In this document: piece by piece, positions 11,270 to 21,136 of the stretch
Layout: every line of letters starts with the position of its first letter
Numbering within the stretch: position 1 is the stretch's first letter
NCBI GenBank assembly: GCA_964477875.1
Contig: CAYZFR010000002.1
Location: forward strand, 1-52,115
From: an uncultured Myxococcales bacterium
Lineage (GTDB): Bacteria; Myxococcota; Kuafuiibacteriia; Kuafuiibacteriales; Kuafuiibacteriaceae
DNA length: 52,115 nucleotides
Direction: 5' to 3'
Notes under the pieces: model-generated
What the model saw: the letters and a program-made list of their open reading frames with translations, nothing else
The model's database searches: none
Told to the model about the DNA's origin: nothing
Made by a program: the position numbers and the translations under genes

Positions 11270-12436
11270 TCAGTTGGGGACCGCGCCCTCCCCCTCGCCG
11301 TCCTCGGCTGCCGCCTCCTCGGCCTCCAGCGCCGCCGCCGCCGCTGCCTCGGCCTTCTGCTTCTTGCGATACTCGTCCGCGTACTCGGCGTAGTAATCGG
11401 GCGCCGACAGCGAAGGGTAGTGCTCGAGCATGTTGTAGCCAAGCAAGGGCTGGTAGGCCCCCTGGTGGCAGGTATAGCAGTTGGCCTTGGGTGCATCCCC
11501 CGTCGGTCCCAACCGGTAGTCCGGGTAACGCTCGACGAGCGGCGCGGTGTACTCCCCGTTCACGCTCCGAAGCATCCGGATCGCGTACCAGGCCTTGGCC
11601 CGGCTGGGCGGGCTCTGGTTCCACATCGCCATCGCCCGACTGTTGTGACAATAAGTGCAGTTCACGCCGAGTGCGTTCGAGAAGTGCATCATCAGACCAT
11701 AGGTCCACTCCGTCTGCTTGATCGAAGACGCATTCCCGGTCGGCAACGGCATGTCACCGATGACGCGAATGTTGTGGTCGTCGAGCAAGTAGGTCTCGAA
11801 GACGTTCCCTGGCAACGAGGCATAGCCGACCGCTTCTTCCGACCGGTTCTGATGCGCACGGCCGCCGGCACCGCGGCTCTCCATCTCGTGTGGCGCCTCC
11901 TTGTACCAAACGTAGGAGGGGACCGGCTGCCCCCGATGGCAGGTGTAGCAAGTGGCCCCCACGTTGCCGACGTGGCTCTTCCACTCGGCGTTGATGTGCT
12001 GGGTCATCTGAATCATCCGCCGCGCGACGTGCTTCGTATATTTCCCGTCCGAGGCCAGGTTGTTGGCGTAGTGGCAGTAGTTACAGCCGACCTCGCTCTC
12101 GGGCCCCTCTTTGGGCGCCACCCACTGGGTTATGGCGAGCATCAGCCGGGTGAACTGACCGGTCGACAGGTCTCCGAGGACCTGCACGTTCTGGTAGGCC
12201 TCCGATGCGCGAGGACCATCTGGGTTCGCGGCCGCGATCGGCTCGGGGTACTCGTTGTTGGCCGCTTCGACCTCGGCCAGGGTCTCCTCGTTGACGACGA
12301 CCTCCATCGCCGCTCCGTCGGGGCCGATCTGGACCACGCTCGTCGGGGGCGCCTGGAAGTTCCAGATCAGCACCGTCACCACGACGGCGACCGCCCCTCC
12401 GAGGAGGACGTAGAACTCTTTCATCGACAGCTTCAT
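11270..12436 (-). CDS. pufC: Photosynthetic reaction-centre tetrahaem cytochrome c subunit
   Basis: 388 aa. Four CxxCH motifs (CNYCH, CYTCH, CTYCH, CYTCH). N-terminal uncleaved-type TM helix. ATGA overlap with the pufM stop. Ala/Glu-rich C-terminal tail. Confidence 0.9.
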   Translation of the reverse strand: MKLSMKEFYVLLGGAVAVVVTVLIWNFQAPPTSVVQIGPDGAAMEVVVNEETLAEVEAANNEYPEPIAAANPDGPRASEAYQNVQVLGDLSTGQFTRLMLAITQWVAPKEGPESEVGCNYCHYANNLASDGKYTKHVARRMIQMTQHINAEWKSHVGNVGATCYTCHRGQPVPSYVWYKEAPHEMESRGAGGRAHQNRSEEAVGYASLPGNVFETYLLDDHNIRVIGDMPLPTGNASSIKQTEWTYGLMMHFSNALGVNCTYCHNSRAMAMWNQSPPSRAKAWYAIRMLRSVNGEYTAPLVERYPDYRLGPTGDAPKANCYTCHQGAYQPLLGYNMLEHYPSLSAPDYYAEYADEYRKKQKAEAAAAAALEAEEAAAEDGEGEGAVPN

Positions 12437-13407
12437 TGCGGCACCTCAGTCAGCCCGGGGTCGGGGAGCACGGGATAGACGGTCGGATACTCGATGGCGA
12501 AGCCGTGCTTGACCGCCCACAGGTACCAGTTGTCGACCACCGTGCCAGTCATGAGGATCCCAATCCCGCCGGTCAGGGTCGTCAAGACGGCGAACCACCA
12601 AGCCCATCGATGAATGGACTCGAAGGTCGCGTTGAAGCCCATGCACCAGCGCCAGAACAGAGCCGAGCGTTCGGCTGCCGTCCCAGGATCCGTAATCTGA
12701 CCAATCTCTCGCTCACCGCCCAGGTGTCCGAGCGCCAGCACGGTCGCTCCGTGCATCGCGAACAGCAACGTGGAGCCGTAGAGAAAGACGATCGAGAGAG
12801 CGTGGAAGGGGTTGTAGAACAAGTTTCCGTAGCGAAGGGAGAAGGCCGCCGTCCAGTCCAGGTGGGGGAAGATGCCGAAAGGCACCGCCTCGCCCCAAGA
12901 GCCCATGGCGATGGGCCGAAAGAAACCGAGGACCAGGTAGAGCCAGATCGCGGACAAGAAAGCCCACGACACGTCGGTTCCCATTCCCAACGCCTTCGCT
13001 CGACGATACGTCCGCACCCACCAAAGGATGATGGAGGCGGTGAGAAAGAACCCGGCTATCAACCACCATCCCCCCGCGTTCATGGGAGGAAAAGCGAGTC
13101 CATTCGAAGGCGCAGGCGGCTCGAGGGCCAGCCAGGGGAGCTGGCGCACGAACTCGATCGGGTCCCAGTTCACCGATGCCCACATGTTGAGCCCAATGAT
13201 CTCGAACGCGATCAAGAAGCAGACCGCCGACGTGAGCCCGAACCAGCCCAGATAGACCTGGCCGATTTGCGCGCTCCCGATTCGTCCGAAAAGGTGACTC
13301 AGCTTCTTGATGCGCCAGCGGGGAAAGAGGCCCTCCTCGATGGGGACCGTGTCCGATGGTCCTTTCACCTGAAGTTGGGTGAATATGTTCTGGTATTCCC
13401 TCATCAT
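12433..13407 (-). CDS. pufM: Reaction-centre M subunit
   Basis: 324 aa. Starts ..[14 protein letters not shown].. and contains ..[33 protein letters not shown].. . Confidence 0.95.
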   Translation of the reverse strand: MMREYQNIFTQLQVKGPSDTVPIEEGLFPRWRIKKLSHLFGRIGSAQIGQVYLGWFGLTSAVCFLIAFEIIGLNMWASVNWDPIEFVRQLPWLALEPPAPSNGLAFPPMNAGGWWLIAGFFLTASIILWWVRTYRRAKALGMGTDVSWAFLSAIWLYLVLGFFRPIAMGSWGEAVPFGIFPHLDWTAAFSLRYGNLFYNPFHALSIVFLYGSTLLFAMHGATVLALGHLGGEREIGQITDPGTAAERSALFWRWCMGFNATFESIHRWAWWFAVLTTLTGGIGILMTGTVVDNWYLWAVKHGFAIEYPTVYPVLPDPGLTEVPQ

Positions 13408-13411
13408 TGTC

Positions 13412-14236
13412 TCAACTCCAAATCGGCAGCTCGAGCCACCAGACCCACCACTCGGGCCACCCGCGTGTCCAAAGTGGACCGCTGATGATGATGCAGATGG
13501 CGCTCCAGACGCCCGCGTTCAACGCAAGGAACAAGCCCAAGCGATGGATTCCGACCGCGCCAATCGAATAGCCGATGAAGTCACGGAAAAAGTTGTCTTC
13601 ATGCTCGGCACTTCGAACCGTTTCGCCCTTCTGAGGGTTGACCGTGGACAGGATCAAGCCTCCATGCAGGGCCAAGGCGAAGGTGGTCGTGAAGAAAAAG
13701 CTGACCGCGATCATGTGGGCCGGATTGTAGTGAAAGTGTAGGTACTGGTAGCCGACGTTCGACACCCAGTCCAAGTGGGGAAAGATCCCGTAGGGGAAGC
13801 CGTGTCCCCAAGCGCCCAGCAGCAAAGGCCGAAAAATGACCAGTGTGACGTAGGCAAAGATTGCCGTCCCGAACGCGAAGGAGATGTGGTAGCCCATGCC
13901 GAGCTTCCTCGCGATCTCCGCCTGACGTAAAGCCCAGGACACAAAAGCGCCCGTGGCGCAGATGGTAACTAGCTGCCAGATACCACCCTCCTCGAGCGGA
14001 GCGAAGCCCAGGCCGTATTTGAGGGGCGGAGGTTCGACGTTCAGAATCCAGGGATTCCAAGTGGGTCCCATCGAACCGTCCCAAATGATCAAAGCCGTAC
14101 CGAGAACGGTAAAGAAGATTGTCGTGACGCCAAAGAAACCGACGTAGAACGGGCCGACCCAAAAATCGAATAGGTCACCCCCGATCAACGTCCCTCCTCG
14201 GACGCGGTATTTTTTTTCGAAGCTCAGCAAGGCCAT
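13412..14236 (-). CDS. pufL: Reaction-centre L subunit
   Basis: Starts [36 protein letters not shown] and contains ..[30 protein letters not shown] at 14236 has GAGGAG upstream. The track ORF begins 2 codons earlier at a TTG. Confidence 0.95.
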   Translation of the reverse strand: MALLSFEKKYRVRGGTLIGGDLFDFWVGPFYVGFFGVTTIFFTVLGTALIIWDGSMGPTWNPWILNVEPPPLKYGLGFAPLEEGGIWQLVTICATGAFVSWALRQAEIARKLGMGYHISFAFGTAIFAYVTLVIFRPLLLGAWGHGFPYGIFPHLDWVSNVGYQYLHFHYNPAHMIAVSFFFTTTFALALHGGLILSTVNPQKGETVRSAEHEDNFFRDFIGYSIGAVGIHRLGLFLALNAGVWSAICIIISGPLWTRGWPEWWVWWLELPIWS

Positions 14237-14267
14237 GACCAAGGTCTCCTCATCAGAAGCGGAGGGA

Positions 14268-14288
14268 CGAGCGCACGAGGTGCGCTCG
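14268..14288 (-). promoter_or_regulatory. Intercistronic pufA-pufL RNA stem-loop
   Basis: CGAGCGCAC-gag-GTGCGCTCG, a 9-bp perfect inverted repeat with no following U-run, in the 66-nt pufA-pufL spacer. Analogous in position to the Rhodobacter pufBA mRNA-stabilising hairpin. Confidence 0.5.
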
Positions 14289-14302
14289 CCCCACCCATCT
14301 TT

Positions 14303-14500
14303 TCAGCGATAGCCGGTCGGCAGGCCACTATTGTGGCCTGCCGCGGTCGCACCCGACTCCATTCCCGCCGGCTGGTCGAGCCAGTTGTACCTGTCGGTAC
14401 TGAGCAGCAGGAAGTGAATCGAAAATGCCAGGATCCCCAAAAAGGTGAACAAGCCGACAATGGCCTGGCGTGGGTCAAAAACCATCCAAATTTTCCACAT
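14303..14500 (-). CDS. pufA: Light-harvesting 1 alpha polypeptide
   Basis: 65 aa: MWKIWMVFDPRQAIVGLFTFLGILAFSIHFLLLSTDRYNWL + 24-aa tail. BChl-ligand His sits in AFSIHF. ATG at 14498-14500 with GGAG 10 nt upstream. The 116-aa track ORF is an N-terminal over-extension. Confidence 0.85.
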   Translation of the reverse strand: MWKIWMVFDPRQAIVGLFTFLGILAFSIHFLLLSTDRYNWLDQPAGMESGATAAGHNSGLPTGYR

Positions 14501-14514
14501 GATATGCAGTCTCC

Positions 14515-14730
14515 TTATGTGAGGATGTTGGCGACCGAGGACATGACCTCGGCCCCTTCCAACATCGCTCGTTCTGCGGGTCGAATCCACGGACGCCATG
14601 CGAACATCAGCGCGTGGGCGAGGATGGCAAAGGCCAGATAGACGCCAAACCACGTCGTAAAGTATCCGTGCAGCTCCTTGGCCTCCGCTTCCGTTAGGCC
14701 CGATTGGGCAAATAGTCCTTTTTCACTCAT
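14515..14730 (-). CDS. pufB: Light-harvesting 1 beta polypeptide
   Basis: 71 aa: ..AEAKELHGYFTTWFGVYLAFAILAHALMFAWRPW + 23-aa tail. Canonical beta-chain His and WRPW motif. Confidence 0.85.
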   Translation of the reverse strand: MSEKGLFAQSGLTEAEAKELHGYFTTWFGVYLAFAILAHALMFAWRPWIRPAERAMLEGAEVMSSVANILT

Positions 14731-14752
14731 TTTTTCTTCAACCTCTCGGCGC

Positions 14753-14830
14753 CCCGCATCTCTTGATGCGGGCTTGAGTCGCGGGCTGTCGCCCGTCGAC
14801 GTTTTCCTGAGCCCGAACGAAATCGGGCTC
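14753..14830 (-). promoter_or_regulatory. Cluster of RNA stem-loops in the pufQ-like/pufB spacer (5' region of pufB)
   Basis: Inverted repeats read directly: CCCGCATC-tctt-GATGCGGG (14753-14772), CGGGC-tgtc-GCCCG (14782-14795) and GAGCCCGA-acgaaa-TCGGGCTC (14809-14830). Confidence 0.4.
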
Positions 14831-14835
14831 CTGCC

Positions 14836-15051
14836 TCACGCCATGAAGACGAAGGCCAGGACGTTGTGAACATGTGCATGGGCTTCATCGAGCACGGTCG
14901 CCCTCGTGGTCCCGCGCCGACGGGGCACGAAGCGTGAGAGCGCAACCATCGGCAGGGCCACGAAGAGCCCGAAGGCATAATACATCCGGTACTGACGCTC
15001 GTCAGAAATCCTTCGTGTTCGTGTCGTTGCTACACTCGTGTCGTACATCAT
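14836..15051 (-). CDS. pufQ: PufQ-like small membrane protein
   Basis: 71 aa. ATGA-coupled to the bchZ stop and located between bchZ and pufB, as pufQ is in Rhodobacter. Basic N-terminus then one TM helix ([19 protein letters not shown]). The call rests on position and architecture. Confidence 0.5.
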   Translation of the reverse strand: MMYDTSVATTRTRRISDERQYRMYYAFGLFVALPMVALSRFVPRRRGTTRATVLDEAHAHVHNVLAFVFMA

Positions 15052-16517
15052 TGCTTCTCCATGATGGGTCTAACTGACCCTCCTCGGGTGGCGCGAACCA
15101 CCTCGAGAACTTGATTCGAGACTCGCTCGTCACCGCGACGGCGAGCCTCTTGTTCGATCGCGTCTCGCCAGCTCTTGGCTGCCGAGATGCGCGTGAGGAC
15201 AGGTTCCTGCTCCAGCATCGCGTCGAGCGCACGTCGTGCTTCTTCGTCCCAGGGGAGCGAATTCGCCTTGGCCGGTGTCGCCTCGACCCGGTCCAGCTCG
15301 GTGGAGAGCGGGAGGATGTTGAAAAGCGCATCGAAGAGCGCGTTGCAGACCTCCTGCAGGAGATAGGTGGCTCCGGCGTAGCCCATGAAGGGTGTGCCGG
15401 TGTGCCGGCGGATGGCGGTCCCAGGGAAGGAAGCCGGGATGTAGACCGACTTCGCGCCGGTCTCCGCCATGTACATCCGCTCGTTGTAGGAGCCGAACAC
15501 GATCAACGGAGGCTTGCTCTGGACGGCCTCCCGAATCGCCTCGTTGTCTGGCTTCACCCCTGCGCTGCGACCGAAGGCGAAGTGGCACGGCATCCCGAGC
15601 TCGTCTTCGAGGAAATGACGGAGCCCGCGGCTGTAGGTCTCGTTGGCCGAGACCCCGAAGCTGGCGGTGCCAAAGAAGTCCTGGGTGACCGAGCGCCACA
15701 AATCCCACACCGGCTTGATCGTGGTGTGCTTCTCTTTCTCGATGAAGGGCGCCGGGTCGAGGCCGATGGCCTCCCCGAGCTTCTCCAAGAATGCCGTGGT
15801 GCTGTGGAGTCCGATCGGTGCCTGGAAAAAGGGACGGTCCAGCTCTTCGCACAGAAGCCTCCCGTATTCGCGGTACATGCAGACGTTCGCATCAGCGTTC
15901 ACGAGCTTCGGGAGATCCTCCAGATGCGCACCGAGCGGGAACACCATGTTCACCTCCGCCCCAATGCCTTCGATGAGCCGGCGGATCTCTGCGAGGTCGG
16001 ACCAGGTGTTGAAGTAGCCGTAGGCGGGTCCGATGATGTTGACCCGCGGCTTTGCTCCTTCGGGTTGCTTCGCTCGACGGGGCATCTTGCCGTTCTTCGC
16101 TCCGTACTGCGACCACAGCCAAAACAGCGCCCGGTCGGCGCTCTGCCACTGGTCCTCGTCGATCGTTCGAGGCAGGAAACGTTGGATGCCGGTGCCTTCC
16201 GGCGTGACACCGCCGCCGATCATCTCAGCGATGGACCCGGTCACGACGACGCTCGGCAGCGAGGAGTCCAGCACTTCGTGGGCGCGGCGCATCGAGTCTT
16301 CGGTCCCTTTTTGACCGAGCTCTTCTTCGGCGAGGCCCGTTACGACGATCGGCAGCTCGTGGGGTGGAAGGCCGTCGGTGTAGTGGAGGACCGACGTGAC
16401 GGGGAGGTTCTCGCAGCCAACCGGCCCGTCGATGATGACCTGTAGACCCTTCACCGCCGAGAACACGTACACGGCGCCCCAGTAGCCACCTGCACGGTCG
16501 TGATCCATTACGAGCAC
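15048..16517 (-). CDS. bchZ: Chlorophyllide a reductase subunit Z
   Basis: 489 aa: [48 protein letters not shown].. . Position after bchY. Confidence 0.9.
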   Translation of the reverse strand: MLVMDHDRAGGYWGAVYVFSAVKGLQVIIDGPVGCENLPVTSVLHYTDGLPPHELPIVVTGLAEEELGQKGTEDSMRRAHEVLDSSLPSVVVTGSIAEMIGGGVTPEGTGIQRFLPRTIDEDQWQSADRALFWLWSQYGAKNGKMPRRAKQPEGAKPRVNIIGPAYGYFNTWSDLAEIRRLIEGIGAEVNMVFPLGAHLEDLPKLVNADANVCMYREYGRLLCEELDRPFFQAPIGLHSTTAFLEKLGEAIGLDPAPFIEKEKHTTIKPVWDLWRSVTQDFFGTASFGVSANETYSRGLRHFLEDELGMPCHFAFGRSAGVKPDNEAIREAVQSKPPLIVFGSYNERMYMAETGAKSVYIPASFPGTAIRRHTGTPFMGYAGATYLLQEVCNALFDALFNILPLSTELDRVEATPAKANSLPWDEEARRALDAMLEQEPVLTRISAAKSWRDAIEQEARRRGDERVSNQVLEVVRATRGGSVRPIMEKQ

Positions 16518-18019
16518 TTGGTCGCCTCCTTTCCTGAGACGGGCTTGGCCTTTTGAAGCTTCGCCAGGTGCTTCTTTCGGAAACCAGGTCGATCTTCCGG
16601 CACATCTTCCCAGACGCCAGCTGCATGCTCGCTCCCGACGCCTTCAAAGAAGGCGCGCATGGTCGACATCCGCTCCTTGTTCGATAGGGCGGTGCTCAGG
16701 ACGCTCGCTACCGAACCGGCACCCGCAGCGCCCATCAAGGGACGGGCCGAGATGAGATTCGTGAAGTAGAGAGCCGGAGAGCCCTGCTCCTTGGCCTTCT
16801 GTACGACGGGCGTCGTACCGACGACGAGCTCGGGTTCGAACTCCGCCATGGCTGCCAGGTCCTGCTCGAGAGAAGCGCGGTACTGTACGCGAACGCCCCT
16901 CCCTTCCAACCACTGGCAGTCGGCCTCGGACCACTCGGTGCGCGGGCACGCCGTCCCCACGTAGCGGAGGTCGGCGCCGCTTTCGACGAGCAGTCGTCCG
17001 ACGATGAGCTCCGAACCTTCATAGCCCGACAGCGTGATGCGTCCTTTGATCGGGGCCGCGGCCAGAGCCTCCTCGACGGCAGGAAGTGCAGCGTCGTGGG
17101 CTTTCGCTAGCTGGGCTGAAGAGGCCCCGACCTGCTCGGAGAGAGCGCGAAGCCACTCCGCCGTTCCCTCCCGACCGACAGGCGCGGAGCCGAACACGGG
17201 GCGCCCAGCGGCCTGGAACTCCCGGACGGTGGCGGTGTAGAACGGATGGATGGCCGCGACGACTTGGCTGTCGAGGGCCGCGTACTGCTCACGCCATTCT
17301 CGGGTCGGGACGACCGGACCCGCCGCGAGTCCCAGGGGCTCGACCAGGCGGCCGATCGTCACCGGGTCGACGGGGAACATTTCACCCAAGAGCGCGACGG
17401 TCGGCACCTCCCGCACGCCCTCCCGGGGCGTAGCCACCGGGCCTTGTTCGGCTTCGGAGCGGGCGTAAGCCAGCATCGCGCCGGAGAGGATGTCTTTGGC
17501 CTCGGCGTGGGTTGGGACGCCGAATCCAGGGACGTCGATCCCGATGATGCGAACGCCGTTGATCTCTTTGGGCAGAAGCCGCAGCGGAACGCCCGAGGCC
17601 GTGGGCACACACAGGTTGGTGATGACCACTGCATCGTAGCGGTCGGGGTCCGCCACCTTGAAGACGGCTTCTCGAATGTCTTCGAAGAGCTTGCCGGTCA
17701 CGAGCGTCTCGGAATCGAAAGGCACGTAACCCACCGTACGACGTGCGCCGTAGAAGTGAGAGGTGAAGGTCAGCCCGTACACGCAGCACGCGGAGCCTGA
17801 CAGAATCGTGGCCGTTCTCCGCATCCGAAGCCCGACCCGCAACGAACCAAAAGCCGGGCACATGCTCTGCGGTTGGTCATGCGGACCCATCGGATAGTCT
17901 TCGGCATAGCGCGCGAGCACCTCGCTCTGACCCGCGTTCTCAGCCGCCTGACGCAGGCGCTCCTTGCCGCCGTGGCAGCCGCCGTCCTCGACGATCGGTA
18001 GTGACGATTCGGTACTCAT
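16508..18019 (-). CDS. bchY: Chlorophyllide a reductase subunit Y
   Basis: 503 aa. NifD/BchN-like with ..[41 protein letters not shown].. . ATGA overlap with bchX. Confidence 0.9.
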   Translation of the reverse strand: MSTESSLPIVEDGGCHGGKERLRQAAENAGQSEVLARYAEDYPMGPHDQPQSMCPAFGSLRVGLRMRRTATILSGSACCVYGLTFTSHFYGARRTVGYVPFDSETLVTGKLFEDIREAVFKVADPDRYDAVVITNLCVPTASGVPLRLLPKEINGVRIIGIDVPGFGVPTHAEAKDILSGAMLAYARSEAEQGPVATPREGVREVPTVALLGEMFPVDPVTIGRLVEPLGLAAGPVVPTREWREQYAALDSQVVAAIHPFYTATVREFQAAGRPVFGSAPVGREGTAEWLRALSEQVGASSAQLAKAHDAALPAVEEALAAAPIKGRITLSGYEGSELIVGRLLVESGADLRYVGTACPRTEWSEADCQWLEGRGVRVQYRASLEQDLAAMAEFEPELVVGTTPVVQKAKEQGSPALYFTNLISARPLMGAAGAGSVASVLSTALSNKERMSTMRAFFEGVGSEHAAGVWEDVPEDRPGFRKKHLAKLQKAKPVSGKEATKCS

Positions 18020-19017
18020 ACGTTGTCGTAGATGACCTCGAGGGAAGGTCGCTTCTTGGCCTGAGGACCCTGCAGGTCCTCGACGGTTGCGGGTTCTAGG
18101 ACGACGTCCCGTCCGACGGCGTCGCCATCGAAGAGGCCGAGCAGGCCGTCCTGATCGAGAGGGTTCGGGTGGCGGGGCTGGGACCCGGCCACGTTATCGG
18201 CCAGCTCTTGGAAGAGCGGCCCCCAGGGCCCCCCTGGACTGCCGACGATCTGGTAGTTGGCGCTCTTGCGACGAATGTCGTCGTCGGCGGGTATCGCGGC
18301 CAGAACCGGGATCCCCACCGCCTCCGAAAAGGCATTCGCTTCTCCGGAGCCGTCGTCCTTGTTCACAACCATGCCGGCCACGCCGACGTTTCCGCCCAAC
18401 TTTCGGAAATACTGGGTTGCGGAACAAACGTTGTTGGCGACGTACAAGGACTGGAGGTCATTGCTCGCGACGACGATGACCTTCTGGCACATGTCGCGAG
18501 CAATCGGCAGACCGAAACCGCCACAAACCACGTCTCCCAGGAAGTCGAGCAGCACGAAGTCGAAGTCCCAGTCGTGAAAGCCGAGTTTCTCCAGAGTCTC
18601 GAAGCCGTGGATGATGCCCCTGCCGCCGCAGCCGCGACCGACCTCGGGCCCCCCGAGCTCCATCGCGAAGACACCACCTCGCTTGAAACAAACATCACCG
18701 ATCTCGACCGGCTTCCCCTCTGCCTTCTTCTTGCCGGAGGTCTCGAGGATGGTCGGACAGGCTCGGCCACCGAAGAGCAGCGACGTCGTGTCGCTCTTCG
18801 GATCGCAGCCGATGAGAAGGACCTTCTTACCGAGCTGGGCCATCATGTAGGACAGGTTCGATAGGGTGAAGCTCTTGCCGATGCCACCCTTGCCATAGAT
18901 GGCGATGATCTCGGTCTTCTTCGTGGTTTGGGAGGGCGAAGGGACTTCGACCGGCGTCGAGGCCTCTGTCCGCAAGTCCTCTTTCATCTTTTCAAAGGGG
19001 TCAATCGTAGTGCTCAT
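18016..19017 (-). CDS. bchX: Chlorophyllide a reductase iron protein subunit X
   Basis: NifH-like P-loop [12 protein letters not shown] and cluster Cys motifs. I prefer the ATG at 19017 (ATGA overlap with the bchC stop). The track ORF starts at 19029. Confidence 0.9.
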   Translation of the reverse strand: MSTTIDPFEKMKEDLRTEASTPVEVPSPSQTTKKTEIIAIYGKGGIGKSFTLSNLSYMMAQLGKKVLLIGCDPKSDTTSLLFGGRACPTILETSGKKKAEGKPVEIGDVCFKRGGVFAMELGGPEVGRGCGGRGIIHGFETLEKLGFHDWDFDFVLLDFLGDVVCGGFGLPIARDMCQKVIVVASNDLQSLYVANNVCSATQYFRKLGGNVGVAGMVVNKDDGSGEANAFSEAVGIPVLAAIPADDDIRRKSANYQIVGSPGGPWGPLFQELADNVAGSQPRHPNPLDQDGLLGLFDGDAVGRDVVLEPATVEDLQGPQAKKRPSLEVIYDNV

Positions 19018-19958
19018 GTGGTTCTCCAATCCAACAGCATTTTCAGGCAGGTCGGGTCGCCGAACGCGGTCCGGTAGGCCGCGGAGGCTTCCGGCACGGT
19101 GGCGCGATGGGTGATGAGGCCGTCGAGGTCCAGGCGACCATCTTTCAGCGCTTCCATCACTTCAGGGAGATCGTCTGGCCGCCACTCGGCGGCGATCCGA
19201 AGCTCGATCTCCTTCATGAAGGCGGCCGGAAAGGCGAAGCTGGTCCGGGGCCCGTAGAAGCCCGCGAGGACGATACGTCCACGTGGCGCGAGAAGAGGAA
19301 CGAGCTCGTCGACGATACCGTCGTATCCGCTGACGTCGATGACCGTCCCGACCGGACCGCTCAGACCGGCTCCTGGTTCGACGGTCTCGTAGCCGCGAGC
19401 GCCTTCGCGACGAACGGGGTTCTTCTCCCAGACCACCGGTTGTCCGCCCTGCGCAACCGTCCACCGGGCAACCAGTCGGCCAAGCACGCCGTGCCCGATC
19501 ACGAGGTCAGGCAATCGCTCGGCCCGAACCACGGCGTGTCGCGCAGTGGCCGCGAGAGCGAGCAGGGTTCCTTGCTCAGCGAGCGATTCATCGAGTGGAA
19601 TGACCCGTTCACGGTCCACCACCAGGTGGGAGGCGGCGCCGCCGAACAGCCCACGCACCCCCTCGAACCCCTTGGAACCGGGAACGAAAACCCGCTCACC
19701 GACCTTACGATCCCCTGAGCCTTGGACGATCCGCCCCACGGACTCGTAGCCCGGAACCAGCGGGTAACCCATCCCTGGGAAAGCGGGCATCGTGCCCGTC
19801 CACAGCAGGCGCTCCGTGCCGGTGCTGATCCCGCTCCACTCGACCGAAACCACGACGTCCTGTTCGGCCGGCTCAACGAGCTCTACGCGGCGGACGGCGA
19901 GCCTCTCAGGCTCTTCGATGACAACGGCCAGGGCGTCCATCTCTGAGGTGTAAGTCAT
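19014..19958 (-). CDS. bchC: Bacteriochlorophyllide a dehydrogenase (3-hydroxyethyl oxidation)
   Basis: 314 aa Zn-ADH fold: ..VEWSGISTGTERLLWTGTMPAFPGMGYPLVPGYESVGRIV.. . Position ahead of bchXYZ. Confidence 0.85.
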   Translation of the reverse strand: MTYTSEMDALAVVIEEPERLAVRRVELVEPAEQDVVVSVEWSGISTGTERLLWTGTMPAFPGMGYPLVPGYESVGRIVQGSGDRKVGERVFVPGSKGFEGVRGLFGGAASHLVVDRERVIPLDESLAEQGTLLALAATARHAVVRAERLPDLVIGHGVLGRLVARWTVAQGGQPVVWEKNPVRREGARGYETVEPGAGLSGPVGTVIDVSGYDGIVDELVPLLAPRGRIVLAGFYGPRTSFAFPAAFMKEIELRIAAEWRPDDLPEVMEALKDGRLDLDGLITHRATVPEASAAYRTAFGDPTCLKMLLDWRTT

Positions 19959-19974
19959 ATCGACCAGAGCTGAG

Positions 19975-19992
19975 TGTCAAGCATGCTTAACA
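19975..19992. promoter_or_regulatory. PpsR/CrtJ-type operator TGT-N12-ACA upstream of bchC
   Basis: TGTCAAGCATGCTTAACA, a near-perfect 18-bp palindrome 17 nt upstream of the bchC start codon. A degenerate second copy, TGTccatcttcagggACG, lies at 20000-20017, 7 bp away. Confidence 0.65.
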
Positions 19993-20008
19993 GATTTCCT
20001 GTCCATCT

Positions 20009-21136
20009 TCAGGGACGCTCAGCACGCACGAGTTGCGTGAGCATCGGTCGTCTGGTCCGGACCGAGCGGACCTGTTGGAATCCCGCGCCCTTAAGGGCGC
20101 GGATTATTTCTCGGCGGGTGCGCGGACGCCCCTGCCCCATGGCCAGCAGGTAGCAGCCAAAATACGCCGCGCCCACGCGTGGGTGACCGGGTGCGTCTTT
20201 CATCGGCTCTGCCACCACCAATCGACTTCGCGGCGCCATTTGGGCGTAGGCGTGGGCGAGGAGTCGATCCAGAGCCGGATCGTCGTGGTCGTGAAGGACG
20301 CGCACGAGAGAAACGACTTCGGCCGATGGCCACCGGTCTCGGAACATGTCTCCTCCCGTCGCCTCGAAGTCCGGATGCGCGCTCAGGCGAGCGCGCGCCA
20401 TGGCAGCAACGGCCGGCAAGTCGAGAAGCCGCAGGTCGAGCTCCGGCACCCGCCGGCCGAGCGCCTGCAGAAAGGCGCCGTCCCCACCCCCGACGTCGAG
20501 CCAGCTTCGAGCTCGAAGAGGCCCGAGCGCGTCGAGCACGTCCTCGGCGATCAATGCCTGAGTCTCGGCCATCAAGTTCGAGTATGGAGCCACCGCTTCC
20601 ATGGACAGTGCGTCCGGGTTGGCGGAGCACGCATAGCCCCAGTAGCGACGAAGCTCGGTGTCGGGGGAGGGATCGCGTAGCAGCGCCACCGGATCCCGGA
20701 GGTCTCGGTACAGCAACTCGTGGTGCTGCAGCATGGAGGCAACGCTGGGGTTGCCGAGCAAGGGCGAACCAAGAACGCCAAGACCCCAGCGATCTTTGCC
20801 GCGTCGCTCCAGCAGCCGGAGCGCAACGCAGGCGTCGAGCAAGACCCGCATCCGCGCTGGGGGCAAGTCTACTTGCTCTGCGAGTTCTTTTGTCTCCAGC
20901 GGTCCTTCAGCGAGGCGAGCGAAGAGCTCGAGCCTGCTCGCCGCCACCAAGATCTGCGAGTAGACGAAGCCGGCGCAGAGGTCGAAGAGCGCCGTCGACC
21001 GTCGTCGAGCGACGAATCGCATGAGCCAAGAGCCGGCTGCCCAGCGCTGAAATCGGGGGTTGGAAAAGAAGCGATCGCGAAGATGCGCGAGGCGATCGTA
21101 GAGGGTGCCGCCGCGAAAGCGCGCCGGAACCGTCAA
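20009..21136 (-). CDS. crtF: Carotenoid O-methyltransferase (demethylspheroidene/hydroxyneurosporene type)
   Basis: C-terminal class-I SAM methyltransferase (LDVGGGDGAF) with an N-terminal dimerisation/HTH-like part. There is no ATG after the crtE stop. TTG at 21136 gives a TTGA overlap with the crtE stop and about 375 aa. The Arg-rich 134-aa extension in the track ORF overlaps crtE and is rejected. Confidence 0.8.
   Translation of the reverse strand: MTVPARFRGGTLYDRLAHLRDRFFSNPRFQRWAAGSWLMRFVARRRSTALFDLCAGFVYSQILVAASRLELFARLAEGPLETKELAEQVDLPPARMRVLLDACVALRLLERRGKDRWGLGVLGSPLLGNPSVASMLQHHELLYRDLRDPVALLRDPSPDTELRRYWGYACSANPDALSMEAVAPYSNLMAETQALIAEDVLDALGPLRARSWLDVGGGDGAFLQALGRRVPELDLRLLDLPAVAAMARARLSAHPDFEATGGDMFRDRWPSAEVVSLVRVLHDHDDPALDRLLAHAYAQMAPRSRLVVAEPMKDAPGHPRVGAAYFGCYLLAMGQGRPRTRREIIRALKGAGFQQVRSVRTRRPMLTQLVRAERP

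Noticed and set aside
14501-14653. N-terminal extension of the pufA ORF (116-aa version)
   Set aside because: It overlaps pufB in another frame. The canonical LH1-alpha N-terminus MWKIW begins at ATG 14500 with its own GGAG.
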